Assembly (NCBI GenBank): GCA_964533045.1
Contig: CAZHKT010000002.1
Coordinates: 994 to 58,149, forward strand
Origin: an uncultured Acidobacteriota bacterium
GTDB lineage: Bacteria > Acidobacteriota > Terriglobia > UBA7540
Direction: 5' to 3'
DNA length: 57,156 bases
The position numbers were made by a program, and so were the translations under genes. Below the pieces are notes generated by a model. The model made no database searches and was not told the origin of the DNA. It saw only the letters and a program-made list of their open reading frames with translations. How positions within the stretch are numbered: the first letter of the stretch is position 1; each line of letters begins with the position of its first letter. Positions 41,508-52,846 of the stretch are shown here, piece by piece.

Positions 41508-42836
41508 ATGAACCGATTCCCCTATTTCGCCCGCCGTGCCCACCGGATTCTGACGCTCCAACTCCGGCCTGCAGCGGCGCCAGGATTGCTGACCGCGGCA
41601 TTCGTCTTGTTGGCGAACCTGGCCGTCCTTGCCCAGGCCCCGCCACCGGCCCAGGATCAGGCGGACGAGGTTTTGAGGGAAATGAGCCAGATCACCGGCC
41701 TTCCCATCAAAGCTCCTGTCAAGAAGAAGGTTCTCAGCCGCGAGGGAATCCGGATATTTCTGGAAGAGACGCTGGCCGTTGAATACCCACCGGAACAGAT
41801 CCGCAAACAGGAAGTAACGCTCAAAGCCTTCGGGCTGGTTTCGCGCGATTTCAACTTGCAGGAGTTCCTGCTGGCCTTCTACACGGAGCAGGCGGCCGGC
41901 GTCTATGATCCGCGCTCCAAAACCATGTTGATTGCCGACTGGCCTGCCCCAGACATGCAGCAGTTAGTGCTGGCGCACGAACTGACGCACGCCTTGCAGG
42001 ACCAGAATTTTGACCTGACCACCTTTATTCACGCCGAGCGCGAAAACAACGACGCCTCGGCGGCGCGCCAGGCGGTGATGGAAGGCCATGCCACTGCGGC
42101 CATGATGCAGCGGGTCCTGGCCGGCGCGCCGCTCGCCGCCCTGCCGTCGCTCCAGTCGATGCTGGAAGGGGTCATTCGCCAGCAGTTCGCGGAGTTTCCG
42201 GCGTTCAGCCGCGCGCCCTACTTCTTCCGCCTGGAAGCACTCTTCCCTTACATTCACGGCCTTGGCTTCATTCAACAGGCCCTCCAGGCGCGGGGCGGGT
42301 GGGAAAACCTCGGACAGGTCTTTCAGAACCCTCCTACCCAGACGCGCCAGATTTTCCAACCCTCACTCTATCTGATTGACCAAGCACCCGAACGAATAAC
42401 GCTGCCTCGGCCGCCGGTGCTGGAGAGCGCCGCCGGGCTTCGCCGCGTGGACGAAAACTCCCTGGGGCAGCTGGGTACCATGGCGTTGCTGGGACAGTTG
42501 ATTTCGGAAGAGGAAGCGAAGGCGCTGGCGCCCCACGCCCTAGCCGACCGTTACATCGTCTACGAGGATCGCGCCCGCGGAAGTTATGCCCTGCTTTCGC
42601 GCTCGCGCTGGAGCGGCGCGGAACCGGCCCTCGCCTTCTTCCGCCACGCGCACACCATCGTGTCCAAGAAATACCCCGAACTCGCGCCCGACTCGCGTTC
42701 CACCACCGACCTCTTCATCGGTTCAACCCGCGCCGGAATGGTGATCCTCCTCCGCCAGGGCAACGAGTGCCGCTGGGCCGAGGGCGTCCCACCGAATCAG
42801 ACAGAGGTTATCTTAAAGTGGCTGGAGTCGATGTAG
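41508..42836 (+). CDS. secreted putative zinc metalloprotease (HExxH, gluzincin-like)
   Basis: Start is moved to ATG 41508 because upstream ORF-track codons overlap rnpB. Signal peptide present. HELTHALQDQ is followed ~25 aa later by MEGHAT (a possible third ligand Glu). Confidence 0.55.
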   Translation: MNRFPYFARRAHRILTLQLRPAAAPGLLTAAFVLLANLAVLAQAPPPAQDQADEVLREMSQITGLPIKAPVKKKVLSREGIRIFLEETLAVEYPPEQIRKQEVTLKAFGLVSRDFNLQEFLLAFYTEQAAGVYDPRSKTMLIADWPAPDMQQLVLAHELTHALQDQNFDLTTFIHAERENNDASAARQAVMEGHATAAMMQRVLAGAPLAALPSLQSMLEGVIRQQFAEFPAFSRAPYFFRLEALFPYIHGLGFIQQALQARGGWENLGQVFQNPPTQTRQIFQPSLYLIDQAPERITLPRPPVLESAAGLRRVDENSLGQLGTMALLGQLISEEEAKALAPHALADRYIVYEDRARGSYALLSRSRWSGAEPALAFFRHAHTIVSKKYPELAPDSRSTTDLFIGSTRAGMVILLRQGNECRWAEGVPPNQTEVILKWLESM

Positions 42837-42941
42837 CCTTCGAAAGGGTATTCAACGTCTTCCCGATGCTCCCCAGGCTACTCACTCCCTTGCGGCTCTG
42901 GGTTCACCGCGAACCCTTGAATCCTTCGCGCGAGTCGCGCG

Positions 42942-44975
<2,034 letters not shown>

Positions 44976-45019
44976 TTATACCGCGCCGCGCGGTTCGCGA
45001 GACAACGCTCTCCGTTCCC

Positions 45020-45049
45020 TTGACATCCTACGAGCGAGGTTGCTAGGTT
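45020..45049 (+). promoter_or_regulatory. candidate sigma70 promoter TTGACA-18-TAGGTT
   Basis: Read from the sequence; followed by a GGGGAGGG SD and ATG 45076. Confidence 0.35.
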
Positions 45050-45075
45050 GAATCAGAAGGCGGGGAGGGATATGC

Positions 45076-45477
45076 ATGGAACGTTTGCTGAATCTTGTCT
45101 TCATTTGCCTGGCGTCGCTCCCGATGATCTGGGCACCGGGTGCGATGGCGCAGACGGGCAAGCCGAAGCCGCCCGAGACGGCGCGCTTTGGAAATCCCGG
45201 GGGCACCGTCCGGAACCTGGAGGACCTCTTCTTCGGCGTGATTAAGACGATGGACAAGAAGGAAATCGTCCTGGAGAAGACCAAGTTCGGCACCGACCAG
45301 ACCATCGTCCTGACCGAAAAGACGAAATTCGTCCGCGACGGGGCGCCCAGCAAGGCTGAAGACTTGAAAGTCGGCGAGCAGGTCTGGGTGCGCATGAAGC
45401 CGGACAAGAAGACCGGCGAGATGCGGGCCGAAGTTGTGCTGAGCGGCATCATCTCGCCGACCATCCGCAAGGATTAG
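45076..45477 (+). CDS. small secreted hypothetical protein
   Basis: 133 aa with a signal peptide (LVFICLASLPMIWAPGAMA) and a Lys-rich beta-type domain. Strong SD. Confidence 0.6.
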   Translation: MERLLNLVFICLASLPMIWAPGAMAQTGKPKPPETARFGNPGGTVRNLEDLFFGVIKTMDKKEIVLEKTKFGTDQTIVLTEKTKFVRDGAPSKAEDLKVGEQVWVRMKPDKKTGEMRAEVVLSGIISPTIRKD

Positions 45478-45551
45478 CAAGACCAGCGGACCGTCCCTCC
45501 CGCCGGCCGCCGGCCGGCGGCACGCCACCCGGAAGGGTCCCGCGTCCCGGC

Positions 45552-46520
45552 TTGGCCCTTTACACTTCATCTCTCATCCTTCACACTTCTCGCTGCGTAT
45601 CTGCCTTGAAAAAGACCACGCTGATTTACAACCCGGTGGCAGGCCGCAAGCCGGTGAAACGCGAGCGCCAGATTCGCGAGGCGGCTGAGATTCTCCGCGC
45701 GGCCGGGCTCGACCTGACGCTGACCGCGACCTCGGGGCCGGGCGACGCCACGCAACTGGCGCGGCGCGCAGTCGCCGGGGGGGCGGAACTGGTCCTGGTC
45801 TGCGGCGGGGACGGGACGGTCAACGAAGTCCTGAACGGCATCGTGCCGAGCAGCGCCACCCTCGGCATCTTCCCAGGCGGCACGGCCAACATCATCGGCA
45901 AGGAACTGCGTCTGCCGCACCATCCCCTGCGCGCGGCACGCGAGTTGCCCCGATGGACCCCGCGGCGGATCGCCCTCGGCCGCGCCACCTGGACCGACGC
46001 CTCCTCGGGCCAACCGCGCAGCCGCATCTTCATCAGCGTGGCCGGCGTGGGCTTTGACGCCTACATCGTGCGCAGCCTTTCGTGGTCGCTCAAAATGGGG
46101 TGGGGCGTGATCGGCTACGGGCTGGAGGCGGTGCGCCAGGCACTACGCTACTCCTTTCCCCGCTTTCATTTTGAATCGAATGGCCAGAAACGTGAGGCCA
46201 CTTTCGCTGTCGTGCACCGCACCGGCCACTACGCGGGCTGGCTGCCGCTGGCACCCACGGCGAGCCTCTCCAAGCCCGACTTCACTGCCTGCCTGTTCAA
46301 GAGTACGAGCCGCGCACGCTATTTTGCCTATGCAGCCGCCGTCCTGACCCGCCAGCACCTGCGTTTCTCCGACGTCGAACTGGTAAGCGGCTACCGAGTC
46401 AGCTGCTCGGCCGTGGATGATCGCCACACCATCTACTTCGAACTGGACGGCGAACTGGCAGGTCAGCTTCCTGCCACGTTTGAAATTGTCCCTGATGCTC
46501 TGACCGTGCTGGCCCCCTGA
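45552..46520 (+). CDS. diacylglycerol kinase-family lipid kinase (YegS/BmrU type)
   Basis: LIYNPVAGR... and VCGGDGTVNEVLNG catalytic-domain motifs. The start is uncertain (TTG 45552 or TTG 45606). Confidence 0.85.
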   Translation: MALYTSSLILHTSRCVSALKKTTLIYNPVAGRKPVKRERQIREAAEILRAAGLDLTLTATSGPGDATQLARRAVAGGAELVLVCGGDGTVNEVLNGIVPSSATLGIFPGGTANIIGKELRLPHHPLRAARELPRWTPRRIALGRATWTDASSGQPRSRIFISVAGVGFDAYIVRSLSWSLKMGWGVIGYGLEAVRQALRYSFPRFHFESNGQKREATFAVVHRTGHYAGWLPLAPTASLSKPDFTACLFKSTSRARYFAYAAAVLTRQHLRFSDVELVSGYRVSCSAVDDRHTIYFELDGELAGQLPATFEIVPDALTVLAP

Positions 46521-46588
46521 TCGAAAACCGAAAAACGACATGGGGCTCCCTGCTTCGCGCTAAGATGGGAGAAACCCGCCGATGATGG

Positions 46589-47659
46589 GTGGTGGCGTTT
46601 TTCGATTCTCTATTTTCGAGTTTCCCGCTCTTGGATAACCTCACGCACACACTCACGGCGGCCGCACTCAGCCACGCGGGCCTGAATCGCAAAACGCGAT
46701 TTGCCACGCTGGCGGTTATTGCCGGGGCCAACCTGCCCGACGCGGACGTCGTCAGTTGGGCGCGCGGCACCGCCACCTATCTCTGCTACCACCGCGGGAT
46801 CACGCACGCACTCATCGGTGTTGCCGTGCTGGGCGTTCTGGCAGGATGGGCAGTTCATGCGGTTGGAAGACACAAGGGCCGGAACAAGCAAGGGGTGGCA
46901 TCGAACCTGAGATGGCTGGTCGTTTGCGGACTCGCCGGAAGTGCGAGCCATCTCCTTCTCGATTTCACCAACGCTTACGGCGTGCGGCCGTTTCTGCCAT
47001 TCAGCAGCCGCTGGATGGCATGGGACATTATGTTCATTGTGGACCCGGTGCTTCTCTTCGTTCTGCTGATGAGCCTGGGGCTGCCGGCGCTGCTGCGGCT
47101 GATCTCGGAAGAAGTGGGCGGAGACAAACCGGCCTACCGAGCAGGAGCGCTGCTGGCGCTGGCTGCGATGGCCCTGCTGTGGGTGGTGCGGGACGCCTCG
47201 CATCGCCGGGCCGTTGCGCTGCTCGATTCCGTTCAGTTCGGGCGCGAGAATCCCCTCCGCCTTGGCGCGTTTCCCTCACCCGCCAATCCGCTGAGTTGGG
47301 TGGGCGTGGCGGAGACCGACACAGCGTTTTACGTCGTGCCGGTGAGAGTTTTGGACGACCATTTGAATACGGACACGGCCCGCGTCTTTCGCAAGCCGGA
47401 AAGCTCACCCGCTCTCGAGGCTGCCATGAGAACTTCCACGGGGAAAGTCTTCCTCGATTTCGCGCGATTCCCCTGGGGACAGGTCGAAACTTCGGAGGAG
47501 GGATACGAAGTCACGATACGCGACCTGCGGTTTGCCATGCCGGGCTCGGACCAGCCTCCGGGTTTTGTCGTGCGAGTGAGGTTAGGAAGGGATTTGAGCG
47601 TGAAGTCGGAAGCGTTCAGTTTCAGGTCGCCGCGGGGCCAAGCTAAACCGGAGAACTAG
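46589..47659 (+). CDS. membrane-bound metal-dependent hydrolase, YdjM/DUF457 family
   Basis: LDNLTHTLTAAAL and HRGITHAL motifs, and multiple TM helices. Confidence 0.7.
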   Translation: MVAFFDSLFSSFPLLDNLTHTLTAAALSHAGLNRKTRFATLAVIAGANLPDADVVSWARGTATYLCYHRGITHALIGVAVLGVLAGWAVHAVGRHKGRNKQGVASNLRWLVVCGLAGSASHLLLDFTNAYGVRPFLPFSSRWMAWDIMFIVDPVLLFVLLMSLGLPALLRLISEEVGGDKPAYRAGALLALAAMALLWVVRDASHRRAVALLDSVQFGRENPLRLGAFPSPANPLSWVGVAETDTAFYVVPVRVLDDHLNTDTARVFRKPESSPALEAAMRTSTGKVFLDFARFPWGQVETSEEGYEVTIRDLRFAMPGSDQPPGFVVRVRLGRDLSVKSEAFSFRSPRGQAKPEN

Positions 47660-48279
47660 GCTCCCGATTCCGGCGAGGGCGGCCGGGAGATATCGCGCCC
47701 CACCAGTCTGCGGTAAACCATCGTCCAGGCCACCACCAGGCAGACCAGCACCAGCGAAGCCCAGAAAACATTCTGTTTCAGGTAGGCTTCCGCCTGCAGG
47801 CCGTAGCGCGCCCCCAGCAACGCCGCCGCGCCGAACCTCAGGCCGCGGCCCACGGCCAGAGCCAGTCCGAAACGGACGGGGTTCAAGCGTGCCGCCCCCG
47901 CCACCAGTAGAAACAGCTTGAACGGCGAGGGCGGCGGCAGGAGTGACGCCACCAGAAGCGAGACGAAGTCATTGCGTGCCAGCCATTGCCGAGCGCGCTG
48001 GGCCGCGGGCGAGGATTGCCTCTTCACGAAGAGTTTCGCGCCGCCCCGCGCCAAGCCGTACATCACGAAACATCCCGCCAGCGACCCCAGCGTCGAGGCG
48101 ATGGCGTAGATCGCGGCGCGCGAGGGATTCTGCGCCGACAGATGGATCAGCACGAAATCGTTCAAGCCTGGCAAGGGAACAAAGGAAGAATCGAGAAATG
48201 AGATTCCCAGCAGTCCCCAGCCGCCGTAGAGCACGAGGACCTGTCCCAGTTTTGCGATGAACGATTTGAGGAAAGTCAA
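47656..48279 (-). CDS. DedA/YqaA-family (VTT domain) membrane protein
   Basis: GISFLDSSFVPLPGLNDFVLIHL and downstream TM helices are typical of YqaA-like DedA proteins. TTG start. Confidence 0.7.
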   Translation of the reverse strand: MTFLKSFIAKLGQVLVLYGGWGLLGISFLDSSFVPLPGLNDFVLIHLSAQNPSRAAIYAIASTLGSLAGCFVMYGLARGGAKLFVKRQSSPAAQRARQWLARNDFVSLLVASLLPPPSPFKLFLLVAGAARLNPVRFGLALAVGRGLRFGAAALLGARYGLQAEAYLKQNVFWASLVLVCLVVAWTMVYRRLVGRDISRPPSPESGA

Positions 48280-48436
48280 ACGTTGATACCCGCCAACAAA
48301 GACCGCACTATTGTATTCACCGCACTCTCATCCGGCAACCCAAGGCCGGCGGGCAAACCGACGGGCATTCGCACGGAGGGCACGGAGGAAAGGTACGGCG
48401 ACTGCCGGCGAGCACCGCCCTCACCAGATAGGCGGA

Positions 48437-49759
48437 TCACTTGGCCGCGGCGCGCAGGCGGACCACCCGCAGGGCGCGGAGGGCTTCGGAGGCAACTTCG
48501 GCCTTTGAATCCTGCGACAATCTCTCGAGCGGCTCAATGCTCGAGGCGTCGCCGTTGTACATGAGAACGGTGCAAAGCTGGCGACGCACGTCCGCCTCGC
48601 GGTGGGTGGTGAAAGGATAGAGCCTCGCCAGCATGTCAGGCTTGCGGGTCAGTTCGATCAGGTAACTGCGCACCACGTCGCCGCGGAATCGTGCGCCGAG
48701 GCCGGTCACCAGGTCGCTCAGGTACGTCATCTCGCCCAGCGCGGTAATGGCGAACATCATGGCAAAGCGAGGCTCGGCGCTCTTCTCGCCGTTCACCGCT
48801 TTCTGAAGGTCGGGCAACCCCTGCGGGTCGCCGGCGCGTCCCAGGCCTTCGGCCGCCAGCGCACGGATCGTCTTGTCATTGCTCCAGAGCGCTTTCAGAA
48901 AGAGCGGCACCGAAACGGGACTCCCAAGATACGCCAGCCCCTGCAGGGACTTTTCCTGCACCGGTTTATTCGCTCCGTTCTCGTACATGGTCTGAAGCTT
49001 GGGCACAGCTTCCTGGACCTTGAGCAGTCCCACGGTGACGGCCGCCTGGAGTTTAACTTCGTCGATCGGGGAGTCCAGCAAGTCCAACAGCTGCGGCCCG
49101 GCGGCCAGATCTTTGATCTTGAGCAGAGAATTCAGGCATTCGAGGGCGCGTGCTTCGTCCATCGAATGCGCGCCCTTGACCAAGTCCGGCACCGCGTCGC
49201 GCGCCAGCAGCACGCCCAGCCCTCGCGCCGCGCGGCGCGAGGGCTCGAGGGCGTCCGTGTTATTGAGAGCCTCAACCAGCGCTGCGACCACCTTCGGATC
49301 CACCTGCACGCCGGGATCGATCTTGAGGTCGTCCTGCGTGAAGTGGCCCTTGGCTTTAGTCCAGGTGTTTTTCCAAATGCCGAAGAAGCCACCCGCCTCC
49401 GACTTCCCCACGTAGTAATTCACCAGGTTTTCGATGGCCGCGTTGCGGACCTTGAGGTCGGGGTCGTGCGTGGCGGCTATCAAGGGATCCAGTGATTCCG
49501 CCGCATGAATGGCGCCCAGCGCCGCCACGACTTCACGGCGGACATCGGTCTCCGGATCCTTGAGCAGCGCGGCCAGCGCCGGAACATCCGAAGGCGTTCC
49601 CTTTTTGGCCAGTTCCTTGACGGCCTTGATCCGTTCCTTGGGATCGGCAGACTGCAAGCCGGTGGCGGGGGGCGGCGCCGGTGCTGCCTCCTGGGCCGCC
49701 CGCAACGCTCCGAAGGCCAGCAGGAAGGACGCGCCCATCAAGAGAACCCGTCGCCTCAT
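48437..49759 (-). CDS. exported HEAT-repeat protein
   Basis: Signal peptide and repeated DPxxxVRxxAxxALG units (DPETDVRREVVAALG, DPDLKVRNAAIENL, DKTIRALAAEGLG, EADVRRQLC). Confidence 0.75.
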   Translation of the reverse strand: MRRRVLLMGASFLLAFGALRAAQEAAPAPPPATGLQSADPKERIKAVKELAKKGTPSDVPALAALLKDPETDVRREVVAALGAIHAAESLDPLIAATHDPDLKVRNAAIENLVNYYVGKSEAGGFFGIWKNTWTKAKGHFTQDDLKIDPGVQVDPKVVAALVEALNNTDALEPSRRAARGLGVLLARDAVPDLVKGAHSMDEARALECLNSLLKIKDLAAGPQLLDLLDSPIDEVKLQAAVTVGLLKVQEAVPKLQTMYENGANKPVQEKSLQGLAYLGSPVSVPLFLKALWSNDKTIRALAAEGLGRAGDPQGLPDLQKAVNGEKSAEPRFAMMFAITALGEMTYLSDLVTGLGARFRGDVVRSYLIELTRKPDMLARLYPFTTHREADVRRQLCTVLMYNGDASSIEPLERLSQDSKAEVASEALRALRVVRLRAAAK

Positions 49760-50436
49760 TGCGCCTCCTTACCGCCGATATGAGACATCACGATCTTGGT
49801 TCCACTGCCATCCATGTTCGGCCCCACCTGGATGGTCACCATGTGCGCTTGGTCTTTGACGCCCTTGCTGATGGTAAGGTTATACTGGCCGTCCGAGTGG
49901 GCTTCGATCAAATCCTTCCCGTACTTGTCGCGATAGAAAGCCACGACATCCTCCACGCTATCCTCGGTGGTAAACTCCTGCCCGCCGATCTGGAACTTAT
50001 CACCGAATGAAAACTGTCCCCCGCCCGAGACGGCCTTGGCGCCGGGGTAGACAGGAACGCCGACTTCCTTGGGCGTCTCCGCCGGAGTCTCACCCATTTT
50101 GATCGTGCCGCCGGGCGTGGGGATTTCGATCGTCTTCCGGCCTTCATCGACCTGGACCTTTTCACCGATCGTCTTCTTGGCGCGATAGGCGATGTAAGCG
50201 CATGTGCCAATGCCCAAGGCCCCGACTAATACCAGGAACAGAACCACGATGATGACAATTTTCAAGACGGGGCTCGAAGACTTGGCTGCGGGCGGCGCGG
50301 CCGCCGGCGAGGCGGCGGGCACCGAAGCAACATTGGCGACTGTGGGTTCGGCGGCGGCAATCGCCGCACCACACTGCGAACAGAATCTCAACCCTTCTTC
50401 AACCGGCGTGCCACAAGCCGTGCAAAATTGCGCCAT
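49756..50436 (-). CDS. zinc-ribbon membrane protein with an extracytoplasmic domain
   Basis: N-terminal FCTACG...FCSQCG double CxxC, an Ala/Pro linker, one TM helix and a ~140-aa C-terminal domain. 4-nt overlap with the HEAT gene. Confidence 0.7.
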   Translation of the reverse strand: MAQFCTACGTPVEEGLRFCSQCGAAIAAAEPTVANVASVPAASPAAAPPAAKSSSPVLKIVIIVVLFLVLVGALGIGTCAYIAYRAKKTIGEKVQVDEGRKTIEIPTPGGTIKMGETPAETPKEVGVPVYPGAKAVSGGGQFSFGDKFQIGGQEFTTEDSVEDVVAFYRDKYGKDLIEAHSDGQYNLTISKGVKDQAHMVTIQVGPNMDGSGTKIVMSHIGGKEAQ

Positions 50437-50654
50437 AGGGCCTCCTCCCAGAACCGACGGGCCGGGGGCATCGAGCCTCTCACCCCCTTCGAACTGCTGC
50501 AGCGCCCGAGTTCTCTCTGCGTCTAGCGGAGAATATCATCGAAGTCCGCCTGAGTCGAGCGGAAGAGGGCAGCCAAACCAGAAACCCTTCGGCATCGCCA
50601 CGTGGCCAGTCTGTCCACCCGCCACGACAAAGAAGTTGCAGTGTGAGGAGGGAA

Positions 50655-51248
50655 TCAATCGGACCGATACGAGTCAAAGCTCTTCAGCAAGCGCGGGAGA
50701 GACAGTCCCACCGCGGCGACCTTCACCACGTTGGAAACGATAAACGGCATAGCGCCCCATTGCAGAACGGTGGTGAACGGCTGACCCGTAACCACCGAAA
50801 GCCACGAGGTTCCGCAGGAAAGGATCAGCAGATCCGCACCGAACAAGGCCGGGGCCAGCGTCCAAGTGGAACGGCAGGCGCCGCGCTCCACCATCCAGCC
50901 CAGGACGCCGGCGGCAAGGGGAAAACTCCCCAGATAGCCCGCCGTCGGGCCGATCAGGACCAGCGGACCCACTCCGCCAGCAAACACGGGCAGCCCCATC
51001 GCGCCCATGGCCAAGTAAATCGCCTGGCTGGCGAATCCGCGTCGCGCGCCCAGCACCGCGCCCGCCAGGAGCACGGCAAACGTCTGGCCGGTCATGGGCA
51101 CGGGCGTGTAGGGCAGGTGAATCCGCGCCTGCGCCAGCAGAGCCGTCAACAACGCGAAGCCGGTGACCGCCAGCACGTCACGCCAGGCTGCACGGCTCGG
51201 CGAGAGGTGATTGATCAAGACATTCGAAGGTGCTGAATTCATAGCCAT
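50655..51248 (-). CDS. bioY: biotin transporter BioY
   Basis: VPMTGQTFAVLLAG and GMPVFAGG-like blocks; 6-TM ECF S-component architecture. Confidence 0.88.
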   Translation of the reverse strand: MAMNSAPSNVLINHLSPSRAAWRDVLAVTGFALLTALLAQARIHLPYTPVPMTGQTFAVLLAGAVLGARRGFASQAIYLAMGAMGLPVFAGGVGPLVLIGPTAGYLGSFPLAAGVLGWMVERGACRSTWTLAPALFGADLLILSCGTSWLSVVTGQPFTTVLQWGAMPFIVSNVVKVAAVGLSLPRLLKSFDSYRSD

Positions 51249-51257
51249 CCTTGGGCT

Positions 51258-51671
51258 TCACGATGCTTCGGGCTTCGGTTGGTTCAATTTCGCCAGCAGG
51301 TCGGGCAATTGCTTTGCGAAGACCGAACGGGGTAATACCATATCACAACCCGCCGCGCGGGCCGAGGCCGCCAGTTCGGTCTGAACATGCGACAGGAAGC
51401 CCACGACGGGCACCGCGGCCGTGGTCAGGTTTGATTTCAACAGGCGGATCAGCTCCGGGATGTTTCCCGACCGATGATTCAGGTCTACCACAAGGCCGCA
51501 ACCGGCATTCGCAGCGAGGCGCTCGGCCAGGTCCGCCACCTGAGCCGTCTGCACCTCGATTCCCACAATGCGGGCAGTCTCCTGGATCTTGGCCAGGAAG
51601 AACAGATCGTCAACGAGCGCAAGAACCATAGGCCCCTTCGCGAGCGGCGGTGTCCTCACCGCAGCCGTCAT
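51258..51671 (-). CDS. stand-alone receiver (CheY-like) domain protein, partly degenerate
   Basis: LALVDD..., VVDLN (candidate phospho-Asp) and GFLSH are present. The conserved Lys-Pro is replaced by LPRS. It lies 9 nt upstream of bioY. Confidence 0.55.
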   Translation of the reverse strand: MTAAVRTPPLAKGPMVLALVDDLFFLAKIQETARIVGIEVQTAQVADLAERLAANAGCGLVVDLNHRSGNIPELIRLLKSNLTTAAVPVVGFLSHVQTELAASARAAGCDMVLPRSVFAKQLPDLLAKLNQPKPEAS

Positions 51672-51773
51672 ATTGGGCGTGCTGCACCCGTCGTCCGCCT
51701 CCGACCCTTTCTCGGCGGATGGCGGCGGTCAGGACTCCGCCATTCCGGCTAACATCATAAAGCATCCGTTGCC

Positions 51774-52661
51774 ATGGGGGGAGCCGGTATGTTAGAAGAT
51801 TACGAGCAGGGCGAACCACTCTCGACAGTAGGGAGCACCATGGGTTACTACCGAATCAGCGACGCGGACTACCGCGCCTATCAGGAAGACGGTTTCATTA
51901 TCATCCGCTCCATGTTTGACGCGGAGGAGATGGAGCTCTTGCGGGCGGGGGTGACGCAGGACGAACACATGGCCAACGCCGCCTACGAAGTGAAGGACAA
52001 GGAGGGCGGCATAGCGAAAATTGCCATCTGGCAGGGCACCGGAGATGATCTCTACGGTCTGGTGGCGCGTTGCGAACGCATGGTCACCACTGCCGAGCGC
52101 CTGCTCGACGGCGAAGTGTATCACTGGCACTCCAAGATGACCATCAAGGTTCCCTTCACCGGCGGGGCCTGGGACTGGCACCAGGACTATGGCTACTGGT
52201 ACGATTACGGCTGCCTCTATGCCTTGCTCACCAGTTGCATGATCGCCATCGACAAGGCCACTCGGGAAAACGGTTGCCTCCAGGTGCTCAAGAAATCGCA
52301 CCACATGGGACGCCTGGACCACGGGAAGAACGCCACGCAGGCCGGTGTTGACCCGGAGCGTTTGGAAGCTGCCATGAAGCTCTTCGAGCTGGTGCACTGC
52401 GAATTAGAAATCGGCGACGCCATCTTCTTCCACAGCAACCTGCTGCATGGTTCGGCGCAGAACAAGTCTCCCCATCCCCGGCGGGCCTTCCTGTGCTGCT
52501 ATAATGCGCGGCGCAACAGCCCGTACAAGGTGGTTCGCCACCCTCAGTACACGCCGCTGGAGCGCGTGCCCGATGGCGCCATCAAGGCCGCGGGCCTCCG
52601 TATCGCCAATCAGGAGTACGGCCGGCGCAGTCACTACCAGCTGGTGCAGCCGAAGGAATAG
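51774..52661 (+). CDS. phytanoyl-CoA dioxygenase (PhyH) family Fe(II)/2-oxoglutarate oxygenase
   Basis: The WHQDYGYW (HxD) and FFHSNLLHGSAQNKS...RRAF motifs. An alternative start lies at ATG 51840. Confidence 0.85.
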   Translation: MGGAGMLEDYEQGEPLSTVGSTMGYYRISDADYRAYQEDGFIIIRSMFDAEEMELLRAGVTQDEHMANAAYEVKDKEGGIAKIAIWQGTGDDLYGLVARCERMVTTAERLLDGEVYHWHSKMTIKVPFTGGAWDWHQDYGYWYDYGCLYALLTSCMIAIDKATRENGCLQVLKKSHHMGRLDHGKNATQAGVDPERLEAAMKLFELVHCELEIGDAIFFHSNLLHGSAQNKSPHPRRAFLCCYNARRNSPYKVVRHPQYTPLERVPDGAIKAAGLRIANQEYGRRSHYQLVQPKE

Positions 52662-52846
52662 TCGGCATTTCGGCGCCGGGACCCCAACTGGCTGCGTCCG
52701 GCAGGGACCGAGAGAGCGAAGCAAGCTCCGCCCCTTCAATTTCGGCGGTCATAGACCGCTGCGATGAAGACCAGCCTGCGGGGCGGCGGTACCGGAGCAT
52801 GGCTGTCTCGACCATGCCCTACGGGCGGGCCGCTGGTGCGACTTTC

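Noticed and set aside
41044-41561. Three overlapping ORFs (41044-41466, 41096-41455, 41187-41561) and the first 43 codons of ORF 41379-42836
   Set aside because: The region is occupied by RNase P RNA, whose conserved blocks and helices explain the sequence. The protease gene most plausibly starts at ATG 41508, after the rnpB promoter.
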